From the NCBI GenBank assembly GCA_964358095.1, contig CAYHNW010000001.1:71108-135107 (forward strand): a DNA stretch of 64,000 nucleotides. Direction: 5' to 3'. This document shows positions 8,179 to 19,400 of this stretch, piece after piece. The number at the start of each line of letters is the position of its first letter. The first letter of the stretch is position 1. The DNA is from an uncultured Candidatus Peribacteria bacterium. GTDB taxonomy: Bacteria; Patescibacteriota; Gracilibacteria; UBA1369; UM-FILTER-53-11. Both the position numbers and the translations under genes were made by a program. Under the pieces are notes generated by a model. It was not told the origin of the DNA. It did not search any database and saw only the letters and a list, made by a program, of their open reading frames with translations.

Positions 8179-9330
8179 ATGCGTGACTTTTTATTCACTT
8201 CCGAATCCGTAACGGAAGGCCATCCTGATAAAATTTGCGACCAGGTTTCTGATGCGATTTTGGATGCCATGTTAGCGCAGGACAAACATTCTCGCGTTGC
8301 AGTTGAAACTTTAACAAGCACCGGCCTCATAATGGTGGCCGGCGAAGTTACGACAAGTTGTTACGTTGATATTCCGCTTACAGTGCGCAACACCCTTAAA
8401 AATATTGGCTACACAAACCCGGAATACGGACTAGACAGCTCCGACTGCGCGGTTTTAACGGCTATCCATGCACAGAGCCAAAATATTTCCGTTGGCGTCA
8501 CCGGAACCAAAAAGCGCGAACAGGGCGCTGGCGATCAAGGCCTCATGTTTGGCTTTGCTTGCAACGAAACGCCAAGCCTCATGCCGCTTCCAATAAGCCT
8601 CGCTCACCAATTAACGATGCGGCTTGCAGAAGTTAGAAAAAAGAAAATTTTGCCTTGGGTGAGACCGGATGGAAAATCTCAGGTCACAATTCAATATGAG
8701 AATGGCGTGCCAAAGAGAATTGATGCGGTAGTTATAGCGGTACACCACAGTCCAGAAACTCCGCGCAACAAGATTCGCAGCGATATTATTGAGAACGTAA
8801 TAAATCCGGTTTGCAGAAAGATGATGGACAAGAACACCAAGATTTTCATAAATGAAACCGGCGTTTTCTCCGTCGGCGGACCGGAAGCAGATACGGGCGT
8901 GACCGGAAGAAAAATTATAGTGGATACATACGGCGGCTACGCACCTCATGGTGGCGGTTGTTTTAGCGGGAAAGACCCAACAAAAGTTGACCGCAGCGCA
9001 AGTTACGCATCGCGCTACATTGCAAAAAACATCGTGGCTGCAGGATTTGCAGACAAGTGCCTCGTCCAGCTCGCTTATTCAATTGGCGTTGCGGAACCTG
9101 TTTCAATTTCAGTTGATCTTTACGGCACCGGCCGCGTTGATGAGAAAAAACTCACAGCTGCAATTAGAAAAATTTTTCCGGTAAAACCTGCCGACATGAT
9201 TTCCGAATTAAAACTTCTCCGTCCAATTTATTTAAAAACCGCGGCATATGGCCATTTTGGTCGCGAAGAACCGGAATTCACTTGGGAAAAAACCGACAAA
9301 GTCGCCGCCCTCAAAGCCGCGTTAAAATAA
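8179..9330 (+). CDS. metK: S-adenosylmethionine synthase
   Basis: [43 protein letters not shown]. Confidence 0.97.
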   Translation: MRDFLFTSESVTEGHPDKICDQVSDAILDAMLAQDKHSRVAVETLTSTGLIMVAGEVTTSCYVDIPLTVRNTLKNIGYTNPEYGLDSSDCAVLTAIHAQSQNISVGVTGTKKREQGAGDQGLMFGFACNETPSLMPLPISLAHQLTMRLAEVRKKKILPWVRPDGKSQVTIQYENGVPKRIDAVVIAVHHSPETPRNKIRSDIIENVINPVCRKMMDKNTKIFINETGVFSVGGPEADTGVTGRKIIVDTYGGYAPHGGGCFSGKDPTKVDRSASYASRYIAKNIVAAGFADKCLVQLAYSIGVAEPVSISVDLYGTGRVDEKKLTAAIRKIFPVKPADMISELKLLRPIYLKTAAYGHFGREEPEFTWEKTDKVAALKAALK

Positions 9331-9336
9331 TTTCTT

Positions 9337-10599
9337 ATGAAATACCAAGTAAAAGACATCGGCCTCGCCGCTCAAGGCGAGAATCAAATTAAATGGGCTC
9401 GCCAAAGCATGTCCGCACTGCTCGAAGTAGAAAAGCGCTTTGCCAAAGAAAAACCATTTAAAAATCTAAAAATCGGCATGGCATTGCACGTCACAAAAGA
9501 AACCGGCGTTTTGGTTGAAGTTTTGCAGGCCGGCGGCGCAGAAGTGCACATCGCAAGCTGCAATCCCCTTTCCACTCAAGATGATGTAGCCGCTTACTTG
9601 GCAAAGAAAGGTGTCGCGGTTTTTGCATATAAAGGCGAAAACAAAAGCGACTATTACAAGTTTATCAAAGCTGTAATCGCGTCAAAACCTCACATCACAA
9701 TAGACGACGGTTGCGATGTGGTTTCGGAAATTCATTTGAAGCATAAAGAATTAATTCCACAGATTCTGGGCGGCTGCGAAGAAACGACGACCGGTATCAA
9801 CCGCTTAAAAGCCATGGAAGCGGACGGCGCGCTTAAATATCCAATGATCGCCGTAAACGACAATCGCACAAAACATCTTTTTGATAATTATTACGGAACC
9901 GGGCAATCAACTTGGGACGGCATTTTGCGCGCAACAAACATTTTAATAGCCGGAAAAACCGTTGTCGTGGCAGGTTACGGCGATTGCAGCCGCGGCATTG
10001 CAAATCGCGCAGCCGGTCTTGGCGCAAAGGTGATAGTTATGGAAATTGACCCGGTTCGAGCACTTCAAGCATTTATGGATGGATATCGCGTTATGAAAAT
10101 GGAAAATGCTGCGACGCTCGGAGATTTGTTTATAACGGCGACCGGTGGAAAACACATCATCAGTACATCTCACATGAAAAAAATGAAATCCGGGGCAATT
10201 ATGGCGAATAGCGGGCACTTTAATGTTGAGATAGACGTGGAAGGTTTGAATAAAATGGCAACGCGCAAAAAACTCATTCGCCCATTTGCGGAAGAATTCC
10301 AAATTGGCACGGGTTCAAATGCAAAAAATATTTATTTGTTGGGCGAAGGCCGTTTGATAAATCTGGCAGCGGCAGAAGGCCATCCGTCCGAAGTTATGGC
10401 GATGTCGTTCTGTGGCCAAGCGCTAGCTTGCGAATGGTTGGTTAGGCAGCGGGGGAAATTAGAATCAAAGGTCTACACTTTGCCGCAAGTAATAGACGAC
10501 GCAATTGCTTCATTACAACTAAAATCACTTGGCATCAGCATAGACAAGCCAACCGCCGAGCAGAAGAAATACGCCTCTTCCTGGCAAGAAGGAACCTAA
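9337..10599 (+). CDS. ahcY: adenosylhomocysteinase
   Basis: Typical AhcY sequence (CNPLSTQDDVAA, EETTTG, GYGDCSRG, NSGHFNVEI). Confidence 0.95.
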   Translation: MKYQVKDIGLAAQGENQIKWARQSMSALLEVEKRFAKEKPFKNLKIGMALHVTKETGVLVEVLQAGGAEVHIASCNPLSTQDDVAAYLAKKGVAVFAYKGENKSDYYKFIKAVIASKPHITIDDGCDVVSEIHLKHKELIPQILGGCEETTTGINRLKAMEADGALKYPMIAVNDNRTKHLFDNYYGTGQSTWDGILRATNILIAGKTVVVAGYGDCSRGIANRAAGLGAKVIVMEIDPVRALQAFMDGYRVMKMENAATLGDLFITATGGKHIISTSHMKKMKSGAIMANSGHFNVEIDVEGLNKMATRKKLIRPFAEEFQIGTGSNAKNIYLLGEGRLINLAAAEGHPSEVMAMSFCGQALACEWLVRQRGKLESKVYTLPQVIDDAIASLQLKSLGISIDKPTAEQKKYASSWQEGT

Positions 10600-10637
10600 G
10601 GACAGGCTGGCATCCTTAAAATGTAACAAAAACCCCC

Positions 10638-10666
10638 TTGACTAATATAAGTATTAAGTGAATACT
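10638..10666 (+). promoter_or_regulatory. candidate promoter of the Cys-rich surface protein gene
   Basis: TTGACT-17 nt-AATACT, 26 nt upstream of the ATG at 10693. Confidence 0.3.
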
Positions 10667-10692
10667 TACCTCTTTACCGTTTTTATAAAAAT

Positions 10693-12204
10693 ATGAGCAA
10701 ACTACCATCGTCTCCAGATAGAAGCACACTCCCTGACCGAGTCGGTGTCCGGACACAAATTGGAAAACCAACCGGATTTAGCGCCTTTACCGGAGCTATT
10801 GCACTTGCAGCACTTAGCCAAGCCGGATGCATAGTTGAATTTGATTGCAAAGATAACATTCCATGCAAAGTTGGCACAGGAGTATGCGCACAGGGGGGTA
10901 CTTACGTATGTGATGGTTTGACGGACGAAATAGACAAAAAGACCAGTAAATGCAGCGCAGAACCACTTCCGCCAACAGAACTTCCAGAAATTTCCTGTGA
11001 CGGTTTAGATAATGACTGTGATGGAGACACTGACGAGGACGGGCTATGTAAAGTTCCACTGCCGGATGTAGGGACTCTCGATGCAGATGCTCCCGATGTC
11101 GAAACTGCTACCGATACTGGAGCTCCTGACGCTGGTACACCAGATGCTGAGGCCGAAGACTCCGGACTTCGCACAGACAGTGACACCGGCATGATTTTCC
11201 CAGACACCGGTGGAGACGACAGCGGTCAACCACAACCTGATGAAGGAGAACCTGATGCCGAAATATCTGTGGATACAGGCAGCGTCGATGTCGGCGGCAA
11301 CGTGCCCGACGAGGGAAGCCCGGATGCCGAGGCTCAAGACTCTGGACTTCACACAGATAGTGACACCGGCATGATTTTCCCAGACGCCGGAAGTGATGCC
11401 GGCCAAGCCGACGGCGGCGAGGTTTGCCAGCCCACAGAAGACCTCGAAATTTCCTGTGACAACATAGATAACGATTGTGACGGCGCAACCGATGAAGATC
11501 TTGTGTTTGGCGATTGCAGTGAAGGCGTTGGCTCATGTGAAGCTCAAGGCCAAATAGTATGCCGCGATGGCGAATTAGAGTGCGATGCCCTTCCTGGCGA
11601 ACCTCAAGAAGAAGCTTGCGACGATGAAGATAACGATTGTGACGGACTAATAGATTTGGATGAAGCTAACCGCCCACTCCAACTCGAATGCTTATCTCCG
11701 GTTTGCGGAGTTCAAGGAGCAGAGACCTGCATAGGTGGTGAATTTCAACCTTGCACGGCGGTAGATCCGGATGCCGATAGGGACTTAGTTCTGGATTGCA
11801 TAGACAATTGTCCCGACACTTCAAATCCAGACCAACAAGACGCAAACCAAAGTGGTACAGGAGATGCCTGTGAGGACTCAATGGGCAGATTGTCTTGCGT
11901 CAACAACGGTCGTTCTCCGAGTTTTATACTGCGACAGACCCCTAACGCCCGCACGATGGATGTATTTCTAGAAGGGTGTGGCAATGTAACTATTAACCCA
12001 AACGATGGCGTTCATGGTTCTGTTTTTGCACACAACATACCCGCAAACCCAGGTGCCGTTCCAGAAGCTGCACGCGTTACCGTTGGAATAACTCCGGGCG
12101 TTCTAGTAAGCGGATGTGTAGCCAATACGGACGGCACTCAAGAGACTATGATTCCAGGCAATCCAAACAGCAACTGCTGGGGTCAATCGTTTCAGCCTCA
12201 ATAA
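10693..12204 (+). CDS. secreted acidic Cys-rich protein with CD..DNDCDG..DED metal-binding-type motifs and a thrombospondin-type-3-like repeat
   Basis: Signal-like segment AIALAALSQAGC. Three copies of C-D-x-x-D-N-D-C-D-G-x-x-D-E-D. DNCPDTSNPDQQDANQSGTGDAC. Internal 60-aa duplication. Confidence 0.7.
   Translation: MSKLPSSPDRSTLPDRVGVRTQIGKPTGFSAFTGAIALAALSQAGCIVEFDCKDNIPCKVGTGVCAQGGTYVCDGLTDEIDKKTSKCSAEPLPPTELPEISCDGLDNDCDGDTDEDGLCKVPLPDVGTLDADAPDVETATDTGAPDAGTPDAEAEDSGLRTDSDTGMIFPDTGGDDSGQPQPDEGEPDAEISVDTGSVDVGGNVPDEGSPDAEAQDSGLHTDSDTGMIFPDAGSDAGQADGGEVCQPTEDLEISCDNIDNDCDGATDEDLVFGDCSEGVGSCEAQGQIVCRDGELECDALPGEPQEEACDDEDNDCDGLIDLDEANRPLQLECLSPVCGVQGAETCIGGEFQPCTAVDPDADRDLVLDCIDNCPDTSNPDQQDANQSGTGDACEDSMGRLSCVNNGRSPSFILRQTPNARTMDVFLEGCGNVTINPNDGVHGSVFAHNIPANPGAVPEAARVTVGITPGVLVSGCVANTDGTQETMIPGNPNSNCWGQSFQPQ
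11140..11390 (+). repeat. in-frame 180-bp-period duplication (71-bp cores at 11140-11210 and 11320-11390)
   Basis: The cores encode PDAEA(E/Q)DSGL(R/H)TDSDTGMIFPD(T/A)G twice. They differ at only a few positions. Confidence 0.8.
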
Positions 12205-12248
12205 ATTCCGTTTGCCTTCCTTAAGATACGCCCCTATCATCAGTAGGC

Positions 12249-14471
12249 ATGATGGTTAAATTAGAAAAAGTTTTCCTTCAAATTACGCGTTTTTTTATTT
12301 TTGCCGCGCTGCTGTCGCCAGTAATTTCAAGTAATTACTTTTTGTTCCCGTACATGCAGCCGGCCGTATTTTTGTTTCAAACATTTATTCTGCTCGCGGC
12401 CATATCCCTGTGTGTGCTATTTGCGCTAAATTCAACATACAGACCACCTATAAATAACCTAACCATAGTCATCACAGTATTCTTTGCTATTCAGCTTTTA
12501 CTGGTCTTTACCGGAGTAAATCCGTTAAAAAGTTTTGGGGGGTCTGTCGAAAGGCTGGATGGAGTGTGGAATATACTGCACTACTGGCTCTTCATGATCG
12601 TGACTCTCAGTGTATTTCGCGACTTAAAAGAAATTAAAAAACTTATTATATTTTCAATGTTGGTAAGTTTGTTTGGGAGTCTGCGCTATCTAATATTTTA
12701 CGCACTACATCTCACAAAATATCCAACCTATCCATTTGGAAACCCGGGTTTCTTTGCAAATTACATAATGCCCCACATCCCCCTTGCTTTGTGGGTACTG
12801 ATTACGGCAAAAAGTCGCGAGATAAGGATATTTCTCGGCGCATTTATAATTATGCAAACCGCCGTAGTGATTAATACCGGCAACAGAGCGGTATTTCTTG
12901 GGCTAATGTCCATGGTATTTATGCTTGGCATATACTTTATCTTTCAGTATAAAAAATTACGTAAAATTATAGCAGGCGGGCTAATTTTGGTATTTGTATC
13001 TTTTGGTTTACTGGTGGCTTTTCGCAACACGCCGACTATTCAAAAAATATATTTCTTACAAAAAATAACGGATTGGTCATTGCATTCAGAAACAGTAGTT
13101 AAGAGGCTTTCCATCTGGAATATGGCCATAAATGCTATTAAAGAGAAACCAGTTTTTGGCTGGGGCAGAGAAAATTTCAATAATGTTTTTGCCAAACATT
13201 ACGATCCAAAGTTCTATAATTTCAATTCTTCGGAACAGTGGATAGATAGGAGCCACAATGTGATTTTAGACGAACTGGTTTTTGGCGGCATCGTTGGTGG
13301 CTTGGCCGGCTTAATATTAATAGCATTTTTTGTGTACTACCTGGTGCGGGCATTGAGGAAATATAGTGACGACCCCGATCATTTGCACCTGCCTGCAATT
13401 TTGTTATGCATTATTGCGGTTTATTTCGTACAAACGGCTTTTACACCGAACAGTTTTGCCTCTTATTTGCCTCTATTTATTGCGTTCATCGCCACAACAC
13501 TGATGTCCAGCAAAACGGAATCGCCAATTAATCATGCTTTTCTTAACACGAGAAGCATAAGGATAATCGGTGGATGCGTAGCAATAACGGCATTCGTGGT
13601 GTCTTGGATCAACTTCACACTGACACCCGCAAGAGTAAGCAACTACACAGTGATGGCTGCCATTCAAATACATAAAAATGACGTAGAAAAATTCAAATAC
13701 TTCAACGACAAGATAGACGGGTTATTACCTGATAATAACCCCTATAAGGCTGATTCAATTATGTTTGAGGGAATCGGTCTCTATACCGCCGGTGAAAGCC
13801 CGGGAAAGTCAGATATGGTACGGCCGTTTCAAGACTATTTTATTCCAAAGCTAGAGAAAATATCTGAGATTCACTCATATGCTCCACGGCTAGCCGGTGT
13901 ATACGCGTCTAATGTTTCAACTTTGGCAAGGATAACTCGTTCAGAAAAAGACATCAAAAAAGCCATTGCTGTGTGGGAAGATACAGTAGAAGAATACCCG
14001 CAATTTCAACTATTTTTCGTGAGTCTTGGAGGCGTGTATGCGCTAGATGGCCAAATCCAGCGTTCATTAGACGCAATCAATAAAGCTATAGAATTATCTA
14101 CCAGAGAAACAACCGGTGTATTACGTTGGAGGGGCGGACTATCACTGATGACAGCGGGGTGGTACAGCGATGGATTAAATTTACTCTCCAGCGCTGCGGA
14201 GATAGGTTTTCTTCCGTATGATGGAGATATACCTTTCGCCTTTAAAATGGCGGGGATTTTGACCAAATCCAAAAACACGATCACCTTCGCGCGTGATGTA
14301 TACCTGGCAATTTTAAAGGTTGATCCTGCCGGACCATATACGCCACTTGTTCACGGGAATCTGTCCATTGTATATGGTCAGCTTGGAGAGAAGGATCTTG
14401 CCCAAAAAGAAGCGTTAGAAGCTGTACGAACTGCCCCACTTATGGATAAACAACTTGAACATTTCCAATAA
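12249..14471 (+). CDS. O-antigen-ligase/Wzy_C-like polytopic membrane protein with C-terminal TPR-like domain
   Basis: More than 10 hydrophobic helices, a Wzy_C-like loop (NRAVFLGL...SIWNMA...GWG..NF...HN) and a soluble helical-repeat C-terminus. Confidence 0.7.
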   Translation: MMVKLEKVFLQITRFFIFAALLSPVISSNYFLFPYMQPAVFLFQTFILLAAISLCVLFALNSTYRPPINNLTIVITVFFAIQLLLVFTGVNPLKSFGGSVERLDGVWNILHYWLFMIVTLSVFRDLKEIKKLIIFSMLVSLFGSLRYLIFYALHLTKYPTYPFGNPGFFANYIMPHIPLALWVLITAKSREIRIFLGAFIIMQTAVVINTGNRAVFLGLMSMVFMLGIYFIFQYKKLRKIIAGGLILVFVSFGLLVAFRNTPTIQKIYFLQKITDWSLHSETVVKRLSIWNMAINAIKEKPVFGWGRENFNNVFAKHYDPKFYNFNSSEQWIDRSHNVILDELVFGGIVGGLAGLILIAFFVYYLVRALRKYSDDPDHLHLPAILLCIIAVYFVQTAFTPNSFASYLPLFIAFIATTLMSSKTESPINHAFLNTRSIRIIGGCVAITAFVVSWINFTLTPARVSNYTVMAAIQIHKNDVEKFKYFNDKIDGLLPDNNPYKADSIMFEGIGLYTAGESPGKSDMVRPFQDYFIPKLEKISEIHSYAPRLAGVYASNVSTLARITRSEKDIKKAIAVWEDTVEEYPQFQLFFVSLGGVYALDGQIQRSLDAINKAIELSTRETTGVLRWRGGLSLMTAGWYSDGLNLLSSAAEIGFLPYDGDIPFAFKMAGILTKSKNTITFARDVYLAILKVDPAGPYTPLVHGNLSIVYGQLGEKDLAQKEALEAVRTAPLMDKQLEHFQ

Positions 14472-14476
14472 GTGGA

Positions 14477-15799
14477 TTATTTCAAATCCGCCAACTGCAC
14501 TAACCAAACAGCAATTTCGGTTGGGGTAACAAAGCCACGCAGCTTTGTATATTCCACAAAGGTCTGATCTTTTACCTTCATGCCCTTTATAGTCAAAAGG
14601 ACTTTAAATGCCGTCTTCTTCGTCATTTTTTTACCTGCTTTTACCGTCTTGGAAAAATAACGTAGTGTTTTAAAAGTCTTTAAATAACTGCCTTGTTGCA
14701 ACTCCACATTCATGGCCTTTCCGGCAATACCGGCGAAATCGGCGTACTTAAGCTCTTTAGCTGGACGCATTTTTGTTCCCCTTGGGGCAAGTGCGCCTAA
14801 TTTAATTAAATACACAAGCCCTTTTAAATTCTCCGTATCTGGCTTAAGGTCAGAATATTTTGCAAGCGCGGCATCCACTTCTGATTGAGTGACTGTGTCC
14901 AGCACACTTTGACTGGTTAAAGTCGGCTGTTGAGTCGTATTATTCCCTTCACTGCCGGTAGGGGGCTGCTCAGAAGAAGCTGCCGGAGTAGTATCCGCAA
15001 CTACTACAGTCGTAGCCAGCGCCTCCCCCAAATTACTCACATTGTCCTTAGTCCTAAAAGAATATTGAACACTATCCCCTACGAGTGATTCATTGTCCGT
15101 ATATTGTGTGTCCAAACGTCCCAGAGGAATTTCTTTTGGAGCAGATACAACTCCCGCCCTCGTTAAAGTGCTTGTTATAATTAGCCCGTTATAGTCGGGA
15201 TCTGGCGGATTTTCCCACGAGAGTATAATTTTTCCATTTTCAATTTTAGTTGTTAAGGCAGATACCTGATACGGTGGCAAAAAATCCGTAGCGGGGTTAG
15301 CATTATCTATCCTAAGGCCATTTACACCGGTAATATCTCCAACTCCATCTCCAGTAATATCTAACTGCAAATCTTTATAAATGTAAGCTCTATCATAAAT
15401 ACGTACTTTCTGGCCGGTAATCGTCATTGATTCATTAACCCCAAAAGCTTTTGAGACAGGAACAGTTAGGCTTTTCAATGTCTTATCATATGTTACTGTC
15501 ACGGTAGACGTACCATCCACTGTCACTTCCGTTATGGATTTATCCCAAAGCAGATCCATATCTTTAGGTAGCATTATTGACATACCGTTCGCCGACGTTA
15601 TATTACCGCCATCCACGTCCGTAACGGTAATGGCAGGTAGAAACTGTGGCGAGTCATTAGAATTAAAACCCACCCACGTTGCCATAAATAGTGTTACATT
15701 TGGCGTAGTAGCAAAAATCACTTGCCGTATTCCAAAAGTAAAAAGAAGCGTTAGAAGTGAAAATACAACCACCGCTTTCGTTAAGTTAAAATTTTTCAT
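14477..15799 (-). CDS. secreted/anchored surface protein with FN3-like segment and Thr/Ser-rich linker
   Basis: N-terminal signal anchor VVVFSLLTLLFTF, the segment ILSWENPPDPDYNG...YSFRTKDNVSN, and the linker TTPAASSEQPPTGSEGNNTTQQPT. Confidence 0.6.
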   Translation of the reverse strand: MKNFNLTKAVVVFSLLTLLFTFGIRQVIFATTPNVTLFMATWVGFNSNDSPQFLPAITVTDVDGGNITSANGMSIMLPKDMDLLWDKSITEVTVDGTSTVTVTYDKTLKSLTVPVSKAFGVNESMTITGQKVRIYDRAYIYKDLQLDITGDGVGDITGVNGLRIDNANPATDFLPPYQVSALTTKIENGKIILSWENPPDPDYNGLIITSTLTRAGVVSAPKEIPLGRLDTQYTDNESLVGDSVQYSFRTKDNVSNLGEALATTVVVADTTPAASSEQPPTGSEGNNTTQQPTLTSQSVLDTVTQSEVDAALAKYSDLKPDTENLKGLVYLIKLGALAPRGTKMRPAKELKYADFAGIAGKAMNVELQQGSYLKTFKTLRYFSKTVKAGKKMTKKTAFKVLLTIKGMKVKDQTFVEYTKLRGFVTPTEIAVWLVQLADLK

Positions 15800-15805
15800 T
15801 TTATT

Positions 15806-16336
15806 TTATTGGGGGTTACCGAATAATTTTATTAATTCTAAATCTTGACCACTCGTAAACTGCACATATCTGCCATATGCCTCTCTCGCCTTTGGAATAT
15901 CTTCGAGTCGGTAATAATCCCAAGCCAAACTTAGATAATAAGCGTTGAGATCAAAAGTCTCCACTAGTTTGGTATAGAAAACAATTGCAGACTTATAATC
16001 TCCCTTTTTATCATACAATTTTGCAATATTATTCCAACCAACGCTGGTATTTTCGTAATACTTAAAGGACTCAAGCAGAACGTCTATTGCCTTGCCATAC
16101 TTGCCCAAATACTCCAAATACCGCGCTTTTTCTACGAACAAATCTATATCCGGCTTCTCCGGTGGAGTAACTGTCTTTATTCTCTTATCCATCAAATCAA
16201 CTTTTTCTGTATACTCGGCTATTTGTTCAGGCGTTAACTTTAGATCCACTTCGTATCCGGATCTTGAAAAATAAATCAACACACCGACAATCGCGATTAC
16301 CAGGAGTAGCAATCCAATTGTGTATTCTTTTTTCAT
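15806..16336 (-). CDS. membrane-anchored TPR-repeat protein
   Basis: N-terminal TM helix IGLLLLVIAIVGVLIYF followed by TPR-like A..Y..LG.Y..A repeats. Confidence 0.65.
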   Translation of the reverse strand: MKKEYTIGLLLLVIAIVGVLIYFSRSGYEVDLKLTPEQIAEYTEKVDLMDKRIKTVTPPEKPDIDLFVEKARYLEYLGKYGKAIDVLLESFKYYENTSVGWNNIAKLYDKKGDYKSAIVFYTKLVETFDLNAYYLSLAWDYYRLEDIPKAREAYGRYVQFTSGQDLELIKLFGNPQ

Positions 16337-16379
16337 AGCGAAGAAATTATATCACATTAAACAAAAAGCTATAAGCAAA

Positions 16380-16402
16380 GAGCCCCGCACGTGGCGGGGC
16401 TC
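16380..16402 (-). terminator. terminator hairpin downstream of the giant surface protein gene
   Basis: GAGCCCCGC-cacgt-GCGGGGCTC with T-rich flanks on both strands. Confidence 0.6.
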
Positions 16403-16445
16403 TTTTGTTAACCGATTAAGTAAGTTACCACTTGGGCTAAGCCGA

Positions 16446-19400
16446 TTAGAAGCTCAAGCTGACTGTAGATGTCGGTAAGCTTGGAATGTCAACACCGTTT
16501 GTCCAGTCGTTCGTAGTTGTAGCGTGACTGGTAGCGGAGTTATCAGACCATATGAAGTTTGCACTTGATGTAAACATTTCCGTGTTGTTGGCAGGAGCTG
16601 ACGTAGGCGCATTTACCAGACCTAATCCTCCAGTTGTACTACCAACGATGGTGAAGTCACCAGTTGCTGAGAAGGCACCGACACCAGTATCTCCAAGAAC
16701 GTCAATATATACACCAGCCGTACCACCGGTAGAACCGGCAACAGCGCTATAGTACAAGAGATTGCCGACTACGGCATTGTTCAAGGTTGTCAACGAAGCA
16801 GTCGAACCGGTAACGCTTGTCGTAGACAGTGGCATACCGAAGTCACTACCAGCTGTATAAGTACCAGCCGTTCCACCTGGAAGGTCAAAGTAGACACCAG
16901 CTACAGAAGCTGCAGATAGAACACTATCCAAGTCCACAGAGTTCTCAAATCTTAACGTACCAGGAATTATAGAGCCACTTACCAGGAATGGTGCACCAAA
17001 TGCTGCGGATGAAGAATATGCCGTTACACCAGCTGCACCTGTCGCACCGATTGAAAGATAGAGTATTGGATCATTTGCTTGCGTGAAAGCACCATCACCA
17101 CCAACGTCTATGAAAGCACAACCGTTAGTAGCAACCGCATATGGACAAGAAGTACCATCGAATAACCATCTCCATATAACTCTCGTATTGGCAACAGATG
17201 CGTTTGCATCACTTGCCGTGGTGGCACCAGTTAATGATACCAATTCATCAATACCACCTACGGCGGTGTTAGATGCATTTGCCGTTGAACCAAGTCTTGT
17301 TGTGTCATCGGCAAGATAAGTAGAAATGCTTGTATTTGCGGCAGCGCCAGCAACGTTCGTTCTCACCAAGTAAGTATTTGTAGCACCTTTGGCGACAGTT
17401 TCTTCCGCCGTGGCCTTACCAAGAGTCAAAGTCTTATCCCATGTAACATAGACAGTATCTGTAGTTACAAGATTTGCGCTCATTGCAGTACCACCAGACT
17501 TCAGGTTAATACCCCTTCTGTTGCGGATTGAAACATTTGACGTGACGCTTGTCTCAGAACCAGTACCGATCTTTCTGTAAAGTTCAAAGTTATTTACAGT
17601 GATTGTAGCTGTTGAGTTATATTCAAACGCAAATCTCTTCAGAGAAACTGCCTCCTTGGCATCTGCAGCAATCGTGATTGCAGCAATGTCATTTTGACCG
17701 CTGTTAAGTTTTGTAGCAGCAGAAGCAAGTTTTGCAACTGTTGGAACAGTCTTGCGTACCACAACCGGATTAATACCGGTTGAGTTACCCATCGTGCTGA
17801 CAGACGTAGCATCTTTCTTTTCGCTTGAACCTTCACCTATTGATTCGAACGAGTTCGTATCAACTGTGGCAAGTTCGTTCAAACCAAGTCGGAAGCTAGT
17901 TCCAGATACAGCCCCAAGATCAATCGTGTTTATGTCGGCAAGAATAGTGATTGTTGCACTCTGATCCTTAGCTACATAGAAATTCAAATTCGTAAAAGAA
18001 GCTTTTCCAGAAGCCATGTTTGCATACATAGTCTCTGTAGTTCCATCTTTCTTAGGATAAGACAGACCAACCCTTATCACGTTGTTACCAGCCGTAAAGG
18101 AGGCTGGCGTGCCGTTGAACGCTGTGGAATTTGTAGTCGTACCAACAACGTCAAGTTTGGTGATAGTGGAAGCTTCGGTTGCAGAAGTAAATTTGTACTT
18201 GCCCACCGTAACGCCAGTAACACCGGCAACTGCGACAGAAGCATCCGGGCTACCCTCTTGTACCCCAACTAGAGTACCACCGGTTGCAACTGTCTTAAGT
18301 ACAGTTGGGTTACCAGTAGCTAAATTATTTGGACCAGTAGCAGAAGCTCCGGATGTTTGAGCGGCCAACACCGTGTTGCCGTCCTTGTCTTGAGCTTCGA
18401 TATCGTTTGCGGTAGCACCATTTAATATCAAATCAACACCAAAGTAGCGTGTTGCAGATATCGTATTCTTCAAATCAACCTTAACAAGCCATTTCTCGCT
18501 GATTGATTTTGCCAATGTGTAACCAAGGCTATTGAATTCAGCCTTGTAGTAACCGGCTGCAGCGCCAATAGTGCCTACCAAGCTCATACCGACTGGACCA
18601 GAAATACGTGTTTCGCTATTGTCAGCATTCACTTTGTAGAGAGACACCGTGTCAATAATTGTGTTAGCAGCTGTGTCACCATAACCACTGTTGTCGAATG
18701 TACCATCATCATCAGCGACCAAGCGCAGTGTTACTTTGGTAATTTTGACATCAACACCATCGCCTGCTTTTACAGCAAGGCCAAGTGCATTTACGCCTTT
18801 TTGACCCTTTACATGAGTTTCGGAAACCGGTGTTGAAGCTCTATCAACGGTGAGAGAAGCCGCAACTATGCTCATGCCCTTGCCAAATGTATTGCCACCA
18901 ACCACATCGGATGTAGCAATGAATTCATTGGCATCCGGATCCTTGATCATGCTTGCCTCTGCGAAGTCAACACCAGCCTTAATCGTGTTGCCTGCAACGA
19001 GAGAAGAATCAAGATCCACTAATACTGACAGAGACTTAGCTGTAGCGGATGTTAGATCAAAGTCATCACTGAACGCGTTCAAGTAAGTAGATGTTGCAAC
19101 GGAAGCGAGTGTACCGTTTGCTCCATTATCCACAAGTTTTACATTCTTCACCTTCGAAATCAAATCATGATCGAACACCTCAATATAATCATTACTAGCT
19201 GCCTCATCTGCCCAAGCAAGCGCCACAGCCACAGATGTTGGATAAACCAACGTAGCTGTTACGTCAGCAGCGGAAGTATCTGCAGGTGCTGCTGTTGTAA
19301 CCTTGGCATAGTAAGTGCCAGCCGTGCCGGCAGTTACTGTTGTCAATGTTAATTTAACTACATCGTTTAAGATAAGAGCATTGTCATCTGCATCGGTCTG

